DNA of 63,357 nucleotides, the filler included. It is 6 parts of 6 records of this genome, joined end to end, with 100 filler letters (N's around TTAATTAATTAA, not from the genome) between each part and the next. Parts side by side here need not be neighbours in the genome. Positions count along the whole stretch, not along the records: positions 25,443 to 39,658 come from SRR20825010_6183; 5 more parts are not named here. One strand, written 5' to 3'. The translations under genes were made by a program, and so were the position numbers. The notes under the pieces are model-generated. The model worked only from the letters and a program-made list of their open reading frames with translations. It did not search any database and was not told the origin of the DNA. The stretch's first letter is position 1; each line of letters begins with the position of its first letter. Below, piece after piece: positions 28,039 to 39,280 of the stretch.

Positions 28039-28362
28039 TTACTTAATGGCTGCATACGTTCTGCATTCATGGGCACAGGTCAAACAGGAGGCTGCACATA
28101 CTTTACAATGGTCATGTTCGTGTTGTTGACATTGTTCGGCACACCACTTACATACTTTGGCACACAATAGACAGTATTCTTTTGTGAACTTAATGCCACC
28201 CACCAAGAACTTAATGCATAGAAGACATGCATCCATGCACTGTATGCAACAGTAGGGACAATCGTTGTCACTTTGTTTTCCAGCCATTTGTGTTAAACAG
28301 ATTTGACAATCGATAAAACATTGTTGGCAGGCTCTTATACAACTTTCATGATTGGAAATCAT
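28039..28362 (-). CDS. Cys-rich four-helix-bundle copper storage protein (DUF326/Csp3-like)
   Basis: Repeated CxxxCxxC motifs; CQQHEHDHCKVCAASCLTCAHEC. Confidence 0.85.
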   Translation of the reverse strand: MISNHESCIRACQQCFIDCQICLTQMAGKQSDNDCPYCCIQCMDACLLCIKFLVGGIKFTKEYCLLCAKVCKWCAEQCQQHEHDHCKVCAASCLTCAHECRTYAAIK

Positions 28363-28816
28363 AACTCATTTTTTATTAATATGGATAAACACTGCACCCC
28401 AGAGACCCAATGTTTGTTGTTCAGATTACCAAAATGCAATGGAGGGTCGTAAGATTAATTTAAATGTAATCTTACCATGAAGGTTTCATTTGCTCAATCG
28501 AAAAAATGTTGGATGATATCGAATAGCCGCTAATTTTCCTTGGTATCTAAGATTCTGGACTGGCTTGGAAGTTTTCTAATTTGATGTGAATTAAAAATGA
28601 GCTCGTTACCCAATAGGTAGCAAAGTGTGACGGATAGTGAATTTGAGTTAAAAAATTATGACCATTACAGAAAACAAAAGAAAAGTAAATTAGCACAATC
28701 CCACAAACAGAAAAAGAACATCGCTATCAAAACCAGCAAGCTCGATAGTGACAAAAAGACCATAAAAAAATAAAATGGTCTAGGGTTTTTATATCAATCA
28801 GTCAAAAATTGTTCTG

Positions 28817-29296
28817 TCACGTATTCCTTTTGTAGATTTTAACCTGTAAATCAATTATCAATCCCAACAGCAGGTCGTTCAATTCTTCCGTTTGTGACTG
28901 GAGAATGGAAATAGTTACCCCGGGAAGATTTTGATAAATCAAGACTTTTTGATAGGATTGGACAAGTTCCCGCTCTTTGTGAAAGATAAGGACATCTACT
29001 TCATCATTGGACATGGATTTCTCCAAAATCGTGGTTCCCATAGACTCAAAAATGCTGTCCTTGGCTATATCGGGTCTCGTATATCGACCTCCTGTAATGG
29101 TATCAAGTTCATCTTCCAATACTAAGGCATTGTATGCCATTTTAAAATGGCGCCTTTTAAAATATGGCCGTTTATGAGGATATACATCTGCCGTTACAAG
29201 AGTACCATATGTCTCTTCTGCAGCCTTTAATTCTGCCAGTAGGGTTTCAATATTGGGTAGCCAATCGTTGTTTTTGTTCAATTTCATGATTCTCAT
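28817..29296 (-). CDS. Hypothetical helical protein, possibly ferritin-like
   Basis: 159-aa ORF; C-terminal ERELVQSYQKVL..LP....IL..Q resembles the PA2169-type helix. Confidence 0.45.
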   Translation of the reverse strand: MRIMKLNKNNDWLPNIETLLAELKAAEETYGTLVTADVYPHKRPYFKRRHFKMAYNALVLEDELDTITGGRYTRPDIAKDSIFESMGTTILEKSMSNDEVDVLIFHKERELVQSYQKVLIYQNLPGVTISILQSQTEELNDLLLGLIIDLQVKIYKRNT

Positions 29297-29458
29297 TTTT
29301 TAAGATTTTCAATTCAACTAGCCAAAGGCCGATATAATGGAACCCGCATCAATTTTACAAGTGCTCTCATTGATAAGGCTTGCTCAATCTTTCACTTGCT
29401 CTATCGAGACCTGTAGCTACTGCTGTTTTTCCCTGTATGCCCGTTCAAAATATTCTTT

Positions 29459-30277
29459 TTAGCCATTTGTTGCAAAGCCCGGATAGCAGGTCATTCCACC
29501 ATCCACAAAAATCGTGGTGCCATTGATGTACTCGGATTCATCTGATGCCAACCAGCTTGCCACGCTCCCAATATCTTCTGGAATCCCGATTCTCTGATAG
29601 GGTATGAGCTTAAGCAATTCTTTCTTCTTTTTTTCATCTTCCCAAACTTTTTTGTTGATGTTCGTTTTGATAGCTCCGGGTGCAATGCTGTTACATCTGA
29701 TTTTTTTGGATGCATATTCCTGACAGATGCTTTCCATCAACATAGGCAAAGCGCCTTTTGATGCGGCATAATTTGCATGGCCAGCCCAAGGTATTTCCTC
29801 ATGTACCGAGCTCATATGGATTATTTTTCCCAAAGATTTTGAAACTTCCTTGCGCATGCCCCGTCTTAAGAATTCCTTGATGGCTTCCCGGGCACATAAA
29901 AATTGTCCTGTTAGATTGACATCGATTACTTTTTGCCAAGCATCCAACGGCATTTCATGCAAAGGATGGTCAATTTGGATGCCCGCATTGGCCACGCAGA
30001 CGTCTAAAGTGCCAAAATGGGAAATCGTTTTTTTGAACATTACTGTCACCTCTTTCTCGTTGCTGACATCACATTGGATGACTATAGCTTCACCACACCT
30101 GGATTCTTTATTGATCCAATTGGCAACATCTTCTGCTTCTTTTTTTTCCCTATGATAATTAACAACGATATTGGCACCTTCCATTCCCATGGATTTGGCA
30201 ATGGCTTTTCCAATCCCGGAACTTGAACCGGTTACAATACAAGTCTGATTTTTGAGTCTTTTATTGGGCTTTTGCAT
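29459..30277 (-). CDS. Glucose 1-dehydrogenase-like SDR oxidoreductase
   Basis: TGSSSGIG, NAG, SSVHEEIPW, YAASK, PGAIKT; likely start ATG 30277. Confidence 0.9.
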   Translation of the reverse strand: MQKPNKRLKNQTCIVTGSSSGIGKAIAKSMGMEGANIVVNYHREKKEAEDVANWINKESRCGEAIVIQCDVSNEKEVTVMFKKTISHFGTLDVCVANAGIQIDHPLHEMPLDAWQKVIDVNLTGQFLCAREAIKEFLRRGMRKEVSKSLGKIIHMSSVHEEIPWAGHANYAASKGALPMLMESICQEYASKKIRCNSIAPGAIKTNINKKVWEDEKKKKELLKLIPYQRIGIPEDIGSVASWLASDESEYINGTTIFVDGGMTCYPGFATNG

Positions 30278-30502
30278 TTTTATGGAATTGAGATTAAAAA
30301 TACCTCTATTGGTATTGTTTCTGTGACGCAATCCAATCAAATAGGTGTGCAAATCAACATGTTATTATTTTAGCCCTATCGGTTTTATACCACCAGAGGT
30401 TTCTTTCCAACAACTAGAAAGAATCGAAACCACTGCCCCTGTAACCGCTCGATTTAAGCAGATGATACATCTTCTATTTATTTGGTACTGAGCAAGATGT
30501 GC

Positions 30503-30728
30503 TCAAAGGTTTTGCAAAGCCGTTAGAAGTGCCTATTTTGACATTATTGAACGGCCTCTAATACTTAATTTATTAGCTTTTCATAAAGTTCGTCTTTTGT
30601 CCATTCCTTATAGGGGGCTTGCTTTTCCAACTTTTTTGTATTGGCAATCCTAGCCGTTTTTCCCTACTGTAACTTCTATCGTACAAAACCTCATATTGTC
30701 CTTCGTTCTTTATACTGGGATTTAGCAT
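30503..30728 (-). pseudogene. Degraded small protein with a Rho-termination-factor N-terminal-like domain
   Basis: MLNPSIKNEGQYEVL..YSREKTARIAN, then YKEWTKDELYE, then IRGRSIMSK, each in a shifted frame. Confidence 0.65.
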
Positions 30729-31157
30729 GATAAAAAAATGATTTAGTGCTAAAACCTCTTTACGTTTTACTAAATGGTATAAATGTACTGGGTAAGCTTA
30801 TCTCGTTTACCTTTGAAAAATAGAAAATTGTCAACATCTTCAACTGAGGCCACAGGGGGCTTTAGCGTCAATATTTTGGTTTTCTACGATAAGTCAGCGG
30901 AAGTAAAAAGTGTAGCTTAATCCATTATAAATCTAAAAATTTCAAAATTAGGACCGCAATCAATAGAGAGGTAAAAGAAAGCAGGTCAATGATTGGTTGA
31001 AAAAAGTACGGGGTTACCTCCTATAGTTACCATAAATTATCCGAAGATAGTTTTTATGAAATGTAGGGAAGGGGCACTAAAATACCGGAAAGTAATATAA
31101 GGAGGAACTGAAAATGGAGATTGAAAGCTAGTAGAGGTTTTTTTAATAGATTTTGTT

Positions 31158-31619
31158 ATGATAGAAATATTTACCTATGACTCGACGCAAATCATAAATT
31201 TCAGCCTTAGGGTGGGCTTGGCCACGATGGCGGGACTCTTGATTGGTTTGGAACGGGAGTACAAAGGAAAACATGCAGGATTAAAGACCAATACCCTCGT
31301 AGCCATTGGAGCGGCTGTCTTTGTTCTGATTTCCTTGAGATATTATGGTGAGGATTATGCCGACGTTACCAGGGTGCTGAGCCAAGTTGTAACGGGAATA
31401 GGATTCTTGGGCGCAGGGGTTATTCTCCAAAAGGAAAAAGAGGACAGGGTTAAGGGCCTTACAACTGCCGCTACACTTTGGTGCAGTGCTGGAGCTGGCA
31501 GTTTGGCGGCCACATCAATGTTTGTGGAACTGGGCATACTTACATTTTTAGTAGTAATCATAAACATCGTTTTTGGTTACATAGATGATAAGATAGAGGG
31601 TGGAAAAAAAGATAGATAG
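31158..31619 (+). CDS. MgtC/SapB family membrane protein
   Basis: IGLERE, AGLKTNTLV, QVVTGIGFLGAG, GLTTAATLW. Confidence 0.9.
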   Translation: MIEIFTYDSTQIINFSLRVGLATMAGLLIGLEREYKGKHAGLKTNTLVAIGAAVFVLISLRYYGEDYADVTRVLSQVVTGIGFLGAGVILQKEKEDRVKGLTTAATLWCSAGAGSLAATSMFVELGILTFLVVIINIVFGYIDDKIEGGKKDR

Positions 31620-32185
31620 TACTGGAAATCAATTATAGGGATAGTGTCAGGGAAATCGATTTTTATTGAATGGATCAATAGGTTTTCCACTCCCTTATTG
31701 TTTTCTTGTCTTGTTTCCCTTGAGACTTGTAATGTATAATGTAACTGAAGCCTTTTCATCACTGTTATAAAAAATGAAAGTTCCGCTGATCCATTGATTT
31801 CTGAGAGTACATCGCTATAAAAACCTTGGTTATCTTTATCGTAATCCACAAAAAAATACTCAATCGTTCCGTGGGAGAATCGATTATGTTCTCTCTTTTA
31901 ATGAGTCAAATCAAAATTTCAAAATGTTTAAAAAGGGGCGACACCATTCTTCATATCAATGGTTGGAAGCAAAATTTTCCATTGCGTTAATTTTTTCTTT
32001 GAAAAAGATCGTTTAAACGCATTACATGCTCTAGCTTCACAGAAGAATCCACAGGGGTATTACTCCCATCTTGATCCCAAAGACTTAATTAAATCTTTTA
32101 GAAGAAACAAAGCTTGGACGGTATTGGAGAAAAAACTCATATGGATGAAAATAATAATTGTATAACCCTTTTAAAATGAAATGTT

Positions 32186-32395
32186 ATGAAAATTATCAAA
32201 GTTATAGAAATAATTGCAAGTTCAGAGACAAGTTTTGATGATGCTGCCAAGAATGCGATAAACGAAGCATCCAAAAGTATCCAGAACATACAATCGCTGT
32301 ACATCAAGGAGATGAACGCAAAGGTGGAAAACAATCAGATTATCTCCTTTGGGATAATAGCGAAAATTTCTTTTGAAGTGGATAATGGGAAATAA
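32186..32395 (+). CDS. Dodecin family protein
   Basis: KVIEIIASSETSFDDAAKNAINEASKS..KISFEV, 69 aa. Confidence 0.88.
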   Translation: MKIIKVIEIIASSETSFDDAAKNAINEASKSIQNIQSLYIKEMNAKVENNQIISFGIIAKISFEVDNGK

Positions 32396-32711
32396 GGGTC
32401 CTGAAAATTCATTAATCGAAATCGAGCGAAAAAAGAATGGTTAAATTCTTTTTTCGCTTACTTGTTAACTACCATCTGTGGAACTGTTTTCATACAGTTC
32501 TTATGAAACTACAATCCGGTCGTTGGGAGGATTATCATTTAATTATTTTTTGGCATATATTTTTGGTAGATGCTTTCCAAAACATCAGCATTACGCATTT
32601 TGATACCACATACAAGGTATGGCTCTTCCGGGGGATTTTTTTTATGCTTGAGGATTGATTTTATATTTAAACCTGATGCTGGACTCCAAACATCACACTG
32701 GTGGATTGTTA

Positions 32712-33179
32712 TTACAATCGTAACAAGAAGTTGTCCCGATTGGGGGTGGAGGCATGGTGTTGCCCGCTAATCTTTAAGATCTTATTTATTGATTCCCGTA
32801 ATTTACCAAAGCTATTGGGCTTGTTCAAGAAAATATTTGAACCATTTACAAAGCTATCCTCAATGTCTTTTTTTGAGCACGAGGTAGAGAAAATGGCAAT
32901 ATAAACATGGTCCATGGTTGTGTTGCTCCGAATTTCCTTTAGGCACTGCATCCCATTTTTTATAGGCATGTTTAAATCCAAAAAAATTAAATCGGGCAAG
33001 ATGATTTTGGGGTGGCTGAGATAATTCATCAATTCCTCTCCATTCTCAAACAAAGACAGTTTGGTGTGTACACAGATATCCTCCATGGCCTCTTGAAAAA
33101 ATTGGCGGTCATCATCATCATCATCGGCAAGAATAACGTTCAAGAATTTGTTGACTTCATTTATAGGATTTGTTTTCAT
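32712..33179 (-). CDS. Stand-alone response regulator receiver
   Basis: LADDDDDD, FLDLNMP..NG, FSTS, NKP. Confidence 0.9.
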   Translation of the reverse strand: MKTNPINEVNKFLNVILADDDDDDRQFFQEAMEDICVHTKLSLFENGEELMNYLSHPKIILPDLIFLDLNMPIKNGMQCLKEIRSNTTMDHVYIAIFSTSCSKKDIEDSFVNGSNIFLNKPNSFGKLRESINKILKISGQHHASTPNRDNFLLRL

Positions 33180-34061
33180 AGGGTCTGTCTTAATGTTTTA
33201 AAAATTTAATCTTGGACCCATAAAAAAACTATGGTTCCATGTTCCAAATAGTCGTAATAGAAATGTTGTTGGACCCTGTTATGATCAGTGGCCAAAATCC
33301 GTGAAGATTGTTTGGATATTCAATGCCTGCACAATTTTCTATTTTGATGGAATTCATATACCATTTTTCAGCATATACTCCAAACAAAACAAAAGCTTGA
33401 CAGTTAGTTAGGTTGTGTTGAAATAGATAATCCGTTTTACATTTCCCAAATCCTGTTATTGAATATTTATGGGGCGGTCAAATCCATGCTTATCGTTACC
33501 GGATTGTTGACAAACGCTCCATAAAACCAAACAAGCTTTTAATGGGATAAAAAGGGTTGCTACTTCCACATCTTATATTTTAAAGGTAAGCATAATAATT
33601 GATAATCAAATATTTATGGCGCCTTATTTTAAAAAAATAGCTGGGCCACGCTGTTACAGTCGATTTGGGTTCGATGCACCTTAGGTGGATAACAGTTAAA
33701 AAGCAAAATATTCCTTTTCCCAGCGGTTAGTATCCTTCATTTACCGCTGCTCGTATTGCGTATTTCCAATAAGAACATGGCACGGGAGAGATTGTATTAA
33801 AAAAGGATGGGGTCCCTACAGACCTCTTTTCAATATGTTGAGGAGCATTCCGGTAGGGAATGCTTGTTTTCCCCTTCCGAAGCCGCCATGCTCAAAATCA
33901 TAAAGGATTTTTGCCCAAACCTGGAATAATTCTTAATCTATCGGGGGGAAAATGGTGCTAGGTCCAGGGTTGGTAGTGATTTGTTTGTCAACGTATTCTA
34001 CGGAATCCTATCGAAAACGGGGGCTGATACGGTGTATCACCTTAAAAATTCCAGCGGTAAA

Positions 34062-34526
34062 CTATAATGTATGCTTTTTACCTTCCCTAGTGTTCCAAGA
34101 CCTCTTGAACAGCTGCATATAAGCCAGGGAAAGCACCAAGCTGGTGGAAAATCCCATCAATGCCAAACCAAGGATGACCGTTCCAGGCTTTACATTATGG
34201 TCTTCTTTCCACATGGTGAGCATTTCCTGCAAAAAACCATCATTGAGTTCGGTAATATAGAGGAGAAAAAAACCTGTAATGATTAATGTGGCAATGATAC
34301 CTGCCCTGAACATGGCCCAAAACCCTTCTTGGTATTTGAATATTCCTTCTGTTCTTTCCTTGAATTTTGTAATCAATAGAAAAAATCCTATCCCATAGAA
34401 AAGTATGTTTACAGCGCTGAAAAAAGGATTCTCGTGAAGACCCAATAAGGACAACAAAAGAAAGTAGACAATTGCAGCAGCTCCAATACCTATGCCATAT
34501 ATTAGGTGAAGACGAGATCGTTTCAT
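34062..34526 (-). CDS. DUF4199-like four-TM membrane protein
   Basis: YFLLLSLLGLHENP, FKYQEGF pattern. Confidence 0.65.
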   Translation of the reverse strand: MKRSRLHLIYGIGIGAAAIVYFLLLSLLGLHENPFFSAVNILFYGIGFFLLITKFKERTEGIFKYQEGFWAMFRAGIIATLIITGFFLLYITELNDGFLQEMLTMWKEDHNVKPGTVILGLALMGFSTSLVLSLAYMQLFKRSWNTREGKKHTL

Positions 34527-35280
34527 TGTTCATTTCTTGTGAAGATGGACCTTCATTTATCTTAAGATCAAATCTTCTTTTATCAATAGTTTGTGTTCTT
34601 TTTCATAATTACCATTGGCTCCAAGGGAAGCCATTCCAGCAAAATCAATTGGTATTGAGGCATAGGGAAGTCAATTTTGGCCAACTTATCCCAAAGCCCA
34701 TTATTACTGTCCCCAAACCTACCTTTTAAAGTTTGATTTTTTTATCGCTTTCGATTTAATTTTTAGCCCGAAGGGTAAAACACATACTTTAAAGAAAGCT
34801 TAGAAATTACTTTGCCCTTCAACAAGTTTTCCAGTACAAAGTGGGGCAAGCCTTTCTGGATTTCCATTATAAGAGTGAATGAACTTTTGGTTCCTTAGAC
34901 GAAAAACGAGCCCAAACCAATTTCAATTTAACCGATAAAAAATACTTGAGGAAAACAGTTAAATAGTGGGATTGGGAAGGCTTTTCCTTCACGAAGAGAA
35001 ACCATTAAAGTAGGTAGTACGCTGGATTTGTAAAGGCATTAAAAGTACAAAGGGAACTCAATATGAAAACATATGTAAGCTCCCTTTGCTTTTTCATAAA
35101 ATCCTTGGCCAGTATTACCTGTCCAGTCATCGGGTATATTCTCAGCCTAGAATTGGGCACCCCGTTTATGATAGTTCTAAAGTATGAAAATTGTTTCACC
35201 TGGTAAAGCACCTTTACCGATTGCGTCAAGGATTTGATCAATAGAGTCCACAATCATTTGGATTCCACTATTTGGCCGCT

Positions 35281-36756
35281 TCACTTTATAAAACGATCCC
35301 ATAATCCATATTGCTCCCGAACCATGCCCCTCGGTAAAGAAAGCACCATTGTAACCAGGCCCATTCCAGCTCCAGTTATGGCGATTTGCATTCCAAACGG
35401 TGATACCCACCACGGCGCCACCACCAAAAAGAGGACTGGAATAAGATTAAAAAACCGCGCTGTCCTTACGATTTCACCCATGCTGATGACCGAAATCACC
35501 ACAATCAACGCCCCAGCCAAATGAAAAATGTGTGCCATGTCGGTTTTAATGCCAACTCCAAAAAGAGCGGGTACAAATAGGGCCCCTATCCCGATCAACG
35601 TGGCCAAGGCCAGGTTCCAAGGCACTGTCATTCCCCAAACCGAGGCCTTAAAAACGGACCATGGTTTTTTTGGAAACTCCACAAGGGGGACGTTTCGGGT
35701 ATCCTTGTTTTTCTCAAAGGGCTCAGCACCTTTCCAGAAAACCTTCCATAGATTATTGCCCCGCCTTTTGGACTGAACCAAATGCTGGCCCATGGCAATG
35801 ACCTCATCAAATTCCAAGGGAATCATGGGCAGCATAATGGCCGCTGCCATCAAACAGAAAAAACACCAGTGCCCTACCACAATAGGTTGGGAAATGACCA
35901 AAAAGATATGTACCAACCCCAAAGGGATCACCAATATGCCAAAAAAGGTGACCATCCATGGCATGGTGCGCCAACGGGAAGGGCTGCCCATCCATCCCAT
36001 TAAAAATTCAAAGGTGTAAGCCAATGCTCCCAAGGCGCCATCCGAAATGGGCAACGAATGCGACATATCGGAATCAAGGACCAAGAGGGAACTTTCCCCA
36101 AAAAAGGGGTCCCAAACCGAATCGGAGTAACCCAGTTGGTAAGTGGCAAGGTAACGGGACACCAGCCATCCCATAAAACCCAATACGATCATGATCCAGC
36201 GTTGGGGCCAGCTTGATGGGTTATAGGACCATCCGGGAGGAACTTCCGAACCCATCTTCATATAAGTGATCATGTTGGGCATGCCTGGAATTAAAATGGT
36301 AAGGGCAATCACCAAAGTACCCACCAAGATCTCGTTCATATAGATAAATGCCGAAGGTGCCCAAAAGATTACCGGGGCCATGTTGAGCCACACACCTACC
36401 CCACAGGCCAACCATAGGCTTATGGGCCTATTGGCCCGGAGAGACCTCCATCCTAATATGATGAGCAACAGACCTGAGATCAAATCAGTCCAAAGGGAAG
36501 CATTTACCCTCAGGGTATCGGAGAGCCATAGTTCTCTACCCCCCGAGGGATCTACAATGTCCTTTCCATAGTCAAAGGTGGCCGGAGATACCAAAAGCCA
36601 AACGCCCAAAATAATGAGCGTCCAATAAACCCATAACGTATTCTTATGGTGATCTTTAAGCATCTTCATTCTATCCATTCCCCCACCTTCATTTTCAGAA
36701 GTTCCACTCATGGGCCTGGTAACCCCTCGATTTCCCATACTATGCTTTTTCTCCAT
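35281..36756 (-). CDS. Vitamin K epoxide reductase family protein with flanking SPW-like repeats
   Basis: PPGWSYNPSSWPQR, YQLG, WDPFF, PISDG.LG, WCFFC redox motif; G.WL..SP/AP repeats. Confidence 0.8.
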   Translation of the reverse strand: MEKKHSMGNRGVTRPMSGTSENEGGGMDRMKMLKDHHKNTLWVYWTLIILGVWLLVSPATFDYGKDIVDPSGGRELWLSDTLRVNASLWTDLISGLLLIILGWRSLRANRPISLWLACGVGVWLNMAPVIFWAPSAFIYMNEILVGTLVIALTILIPGMPNMITYMKMGSEVPPGWSYNPSSWPQRWIMIVLGFMGWLVSRYLATYQLGYSDSVWDPFFGESSLLVLDSDMSHSLPISDGALGALAYTFEFLMGWMGSPSRWRTMPWMVTFFGILVIPLGLVHIFLVISQPIVVGHWCFFCLMAAAIMLPMIPLEFDEVIAMGQHLVQSKRRGNNLWKVFWKGAEPFEKNKDTRNVPLVEFPKKPWSVFKASVWGMTVPWNLALATLIGIGALFVPALFGVGIKTDMAHIFHLAGALIVVISVISMGEIVRTARFFNLIPVLFLVVAPWWVSPFGMQIAITGAGMGLVTMVLSLPRGMVREQYGLWDRFIK

Positions 36757-36979
36757 TTTTAAGGATTTTGTGAGGACGAAAATGATACCTTTTGGCAGTT
36801 GTGTCGCAACCCCATGATCAAGCCCTCAGTTTATTAATGATCATGTAGGTTATAAAAGAAGAAGTAACGAGCCTTTAAAAGATCAACTGGGCCTTTAAAA
36901 AACCAAAACCCATCCTTTTGGCATAAAATATACCTAAGGGATGAGCCTCGTAAGTAAATCATTCAAAAATAACAGGGAC

Positions 36980-37477
36980 TTACGCCTTGTCCTCCATGGC
37001 CTTTCTGTTCAACCGGCTCTCCGCCATATTGTTCAACTTAGTGTCGGCATGGTACTCCTCATCCAAAGTGGTCTGTAGTCTCTCGGCAATATCGGAAAGA
37101 CCCAATTCCTTGGCATAGCGTACGGCGGTTCCATACCCGGATATCTCATAATGCTCCACACGTTGTGCCTCGGCAATCAATCCTGCATCCATCACATCAT
37201 CTTCCTTTCCGGCTTCCTCGATAAAATCCTTGGCCTCTCTGATCAACCCCTCCATGGCCTTGCAGGTTTCACCGCTTGGGGTTATGCCCAATTCCTTACA
37301 AATGGTCTCAATTCTGTCTTTGTGCTCCTTGGTTTCTTCCAAATGTTTTTCAAAAGCCTCTTTTAGCTTACTATCCTTGGCATTCCTGGCCATTTTTGGC
37401 AAAGCGTCCACCAATTGGGTTTCAGCACTGTGCAAATCTTTCAGTTGATGTTCGAACAAATCTTTCAATGTTTTCAT
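36980..37477 (-). CDS. Ferritin-like YciE/YciF (DUF892) stress protein
   Basis: LKDLHSAETQL..ALPKMA, HLEETKEH, CKAMEGLI, AQRVEHYEISGYG. Confidence 0.92.
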   Translation of the reverse strand: MKTLKDLFEHQLKDLHSAETQLVDALPKMARNAKDSKLKEAFEKHLEETKEHKDRIETICKELGITPSGETCKAMEGLIREAKDFIEEAGKEDDVMDAGLIAEAQRVEHYEISGYGTAVRYAKELGLSDIAERLQTTLDEEYHADTKLNNMAESRLNRKAMEDKA

Positions 37478-37720
37478 AATAGTGTCTTTTAAGGATTATC
37501 TTCTTTTTAAACTCCCTCGAAAGTACATAGCAATATCCCGCTTTTTTGACCGCATCGAACAAAACATTGAACTAATAAGATGGTATGTGTTCTTGGGCCT
37601 ATACTTTACATCACATCGAATCCGAAATCTACTCTTTATCAGTCAAAAAGTTTTTCAAATAGGTCAATATCAAACAATTATCATGTGTAGTTTTAAATGA
37701 ACACCAGTATTTGAGGGAAT

Positions 37721-37948
37721 ATAAAAAATGATTACGAGAGTAAAAGGGATTTTAGTAAGACAAGTGAGCCCAAAATGTCACTTAAAAAGCAAAAACGGGC
37801 CAATCCGATATCTGTGATTCAAAAACACGATGCAACAATTTTGCATTACGATTTTTGTCTTGAAATTGATGGTGTGTTGAAGCCAGGGTTGGTGCCAAAA
37901 GGACTCATCAACAATCCCAGAGTAAAAAGAATGGCATCGTCGGTATAG
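37721..37948 (+). pseudogene. Truncated LigD 3'-phosphoesterase domain remnant
   Basis: [48 protein letters not shown], then a premature TAG; ATA at the expected start. Confidence 0.75.
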
Positions 37949-38073
37949 CAAACAGCAGCAGAAATTGGTCACCTTAAGATATATACGACCAAAGAAAATC
38001 TATATGAATCAACGGCCCATCAAAACAAAACTGCATTCCATTTGCAGAAACCAAGGGAAAGACCGCCTTTTTC

Positions 38074-38373
38074 CTAGGATTTCATGCTTTCCTTGCGCTT
38101 TCTCAATTGTCGTTCCAAATCATTGATGGATTCAGCTATCGATTGTGCAAAGTTCCCGTTGCTGGATTCGGCAAACAGTCGGGGACCTGGAAGGCTCAAC
38201 CTTATGTTGCAGATTCTTCCCGTTTCATCGGAAGTGGTGTTCTCTTCCTTGAAAAATACATCTGCACGGATGACCATATCGAATTTGCTTGCAAGTTTTT
38301 CCAACTTTTCCCTAGCCAATTGTTCCAAACGATCGCTTTGGGCAATATCATGGGATTCAAATATTATTTGCAT
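38074..38373 (-). CDS. Ribosome hibernation factor HPF/RaiA family
   Basis: ADVFFK, IRLSLPGPRLFAE, LERQLRKRK. Confidence 0.85.
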   Translation of the reverse strand: MQIIFESHDIAQSDRLEQLAREKLEKLASKFDMVIRADVFFKEENTTSDETGRICNIRLSLPGPRLFAESSNGNFAQSIAESINDLERQLRKRKESMKS

Positions 38374-38581
38374 GTCAATTTTTATTTTAGAACATTATTT
38401 ATTAAATCTTGCGTAACCTACTGACTGAGGTCAATTTTACGGTTTCATTCCTTCGTTGTTGATGGGTTGTCTCCTGTGGCTTCTTCAAATCCATCATCGG
38501 GGTTTTATAAGGACATTAAAACAACTCTTCATTCAATTGATGTGCATGAATCCCCCTTGTCCATGGATGTTGAAGCATAGC

Positions 38582-39013
38582 TTACACCACTATATTAATG
38601 ATTGCATTTCCACCCAATGCATTTCGTTTCAATGAGTTGATCGTTGCACTGATAGATGCGACCAAGGAATCAAATGAATCAGGTTTCCGCAGATATCTAT
38701 TGGCTCCCTTAAGAAACAATTGCGCGATGCGTTCCATATCAAGTTCGGTGGAATAGATAACAATTGGAATGGATTTTAAACTACTATTTTTACGTAGGAT
38801 CTCAAGGCACTCTTCCCCATCCATGATGGGCATATGCAGGTCCAAGTAAATCATATCCGGTTTGTTGTCCTTGGTACAAAAGGCCCTAAGGAGCTCGTCG
38901 CCACTATTAAAAATTGAAAGTTCCACTGCTTCATTAATTTTAGAAAGTGCATCACTGAAAAATTCTTGATCATCTTTATCATCATCAACTAAAAAAATAC
39001 CTAGGCCATCCAT
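38582..39013 (-). CDS. Stand-alone response regulator receiver
   Basis: LVDDDKDD, YLDLHMP.MDG, YST, RKP. Confidence 0.9.
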   Translation of the reverse strand: MDGLGIFLVDDDKDDQEFFSDALSKINEAVELSIFNSGDELLRAFCTKDNKPDMIYLDLHMPIMDGEECLEILRKNSSLKSIPIVIYSTELDMERIAQLFLKGANRYLRKPDSFDSLVASISATINSLKRNALGGNAIINIVV

Positions 39014-39280
39014 ACAAGAATCTATCTTATTTTATAATTTTTTTGTGGTAATCCCTTAAATGTGATTGTTTAAAATATTCCCTCACTTTCTTTATTGTGC
39101 CCTATTGGGTTTCGGTACCGTATACTGAATGGTGAAATGTTGGCAATCAAAAATGAGAAATACGGTGGAAAATTCGTACTCCAATAAAAGGAAAAATTGG
39201 CTCTAACCATAAAATTGTAGACGGCCAATTGGTTGACGAGGCCCTGCTCTACGTAAAAATGAAAATCAAGAAATGAGAGC

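Noticed and set aside
28665-28763. 32-aa hydrophobic minus-strand ORF (MVFLSLSSLLVLIAMFFFCLWDCANLLFFCFL)
   Set aside because: It could be a small membrane peptide or a gene remnant, but T-rich DNA gives such ORFs by chance and there is no supporting signal.
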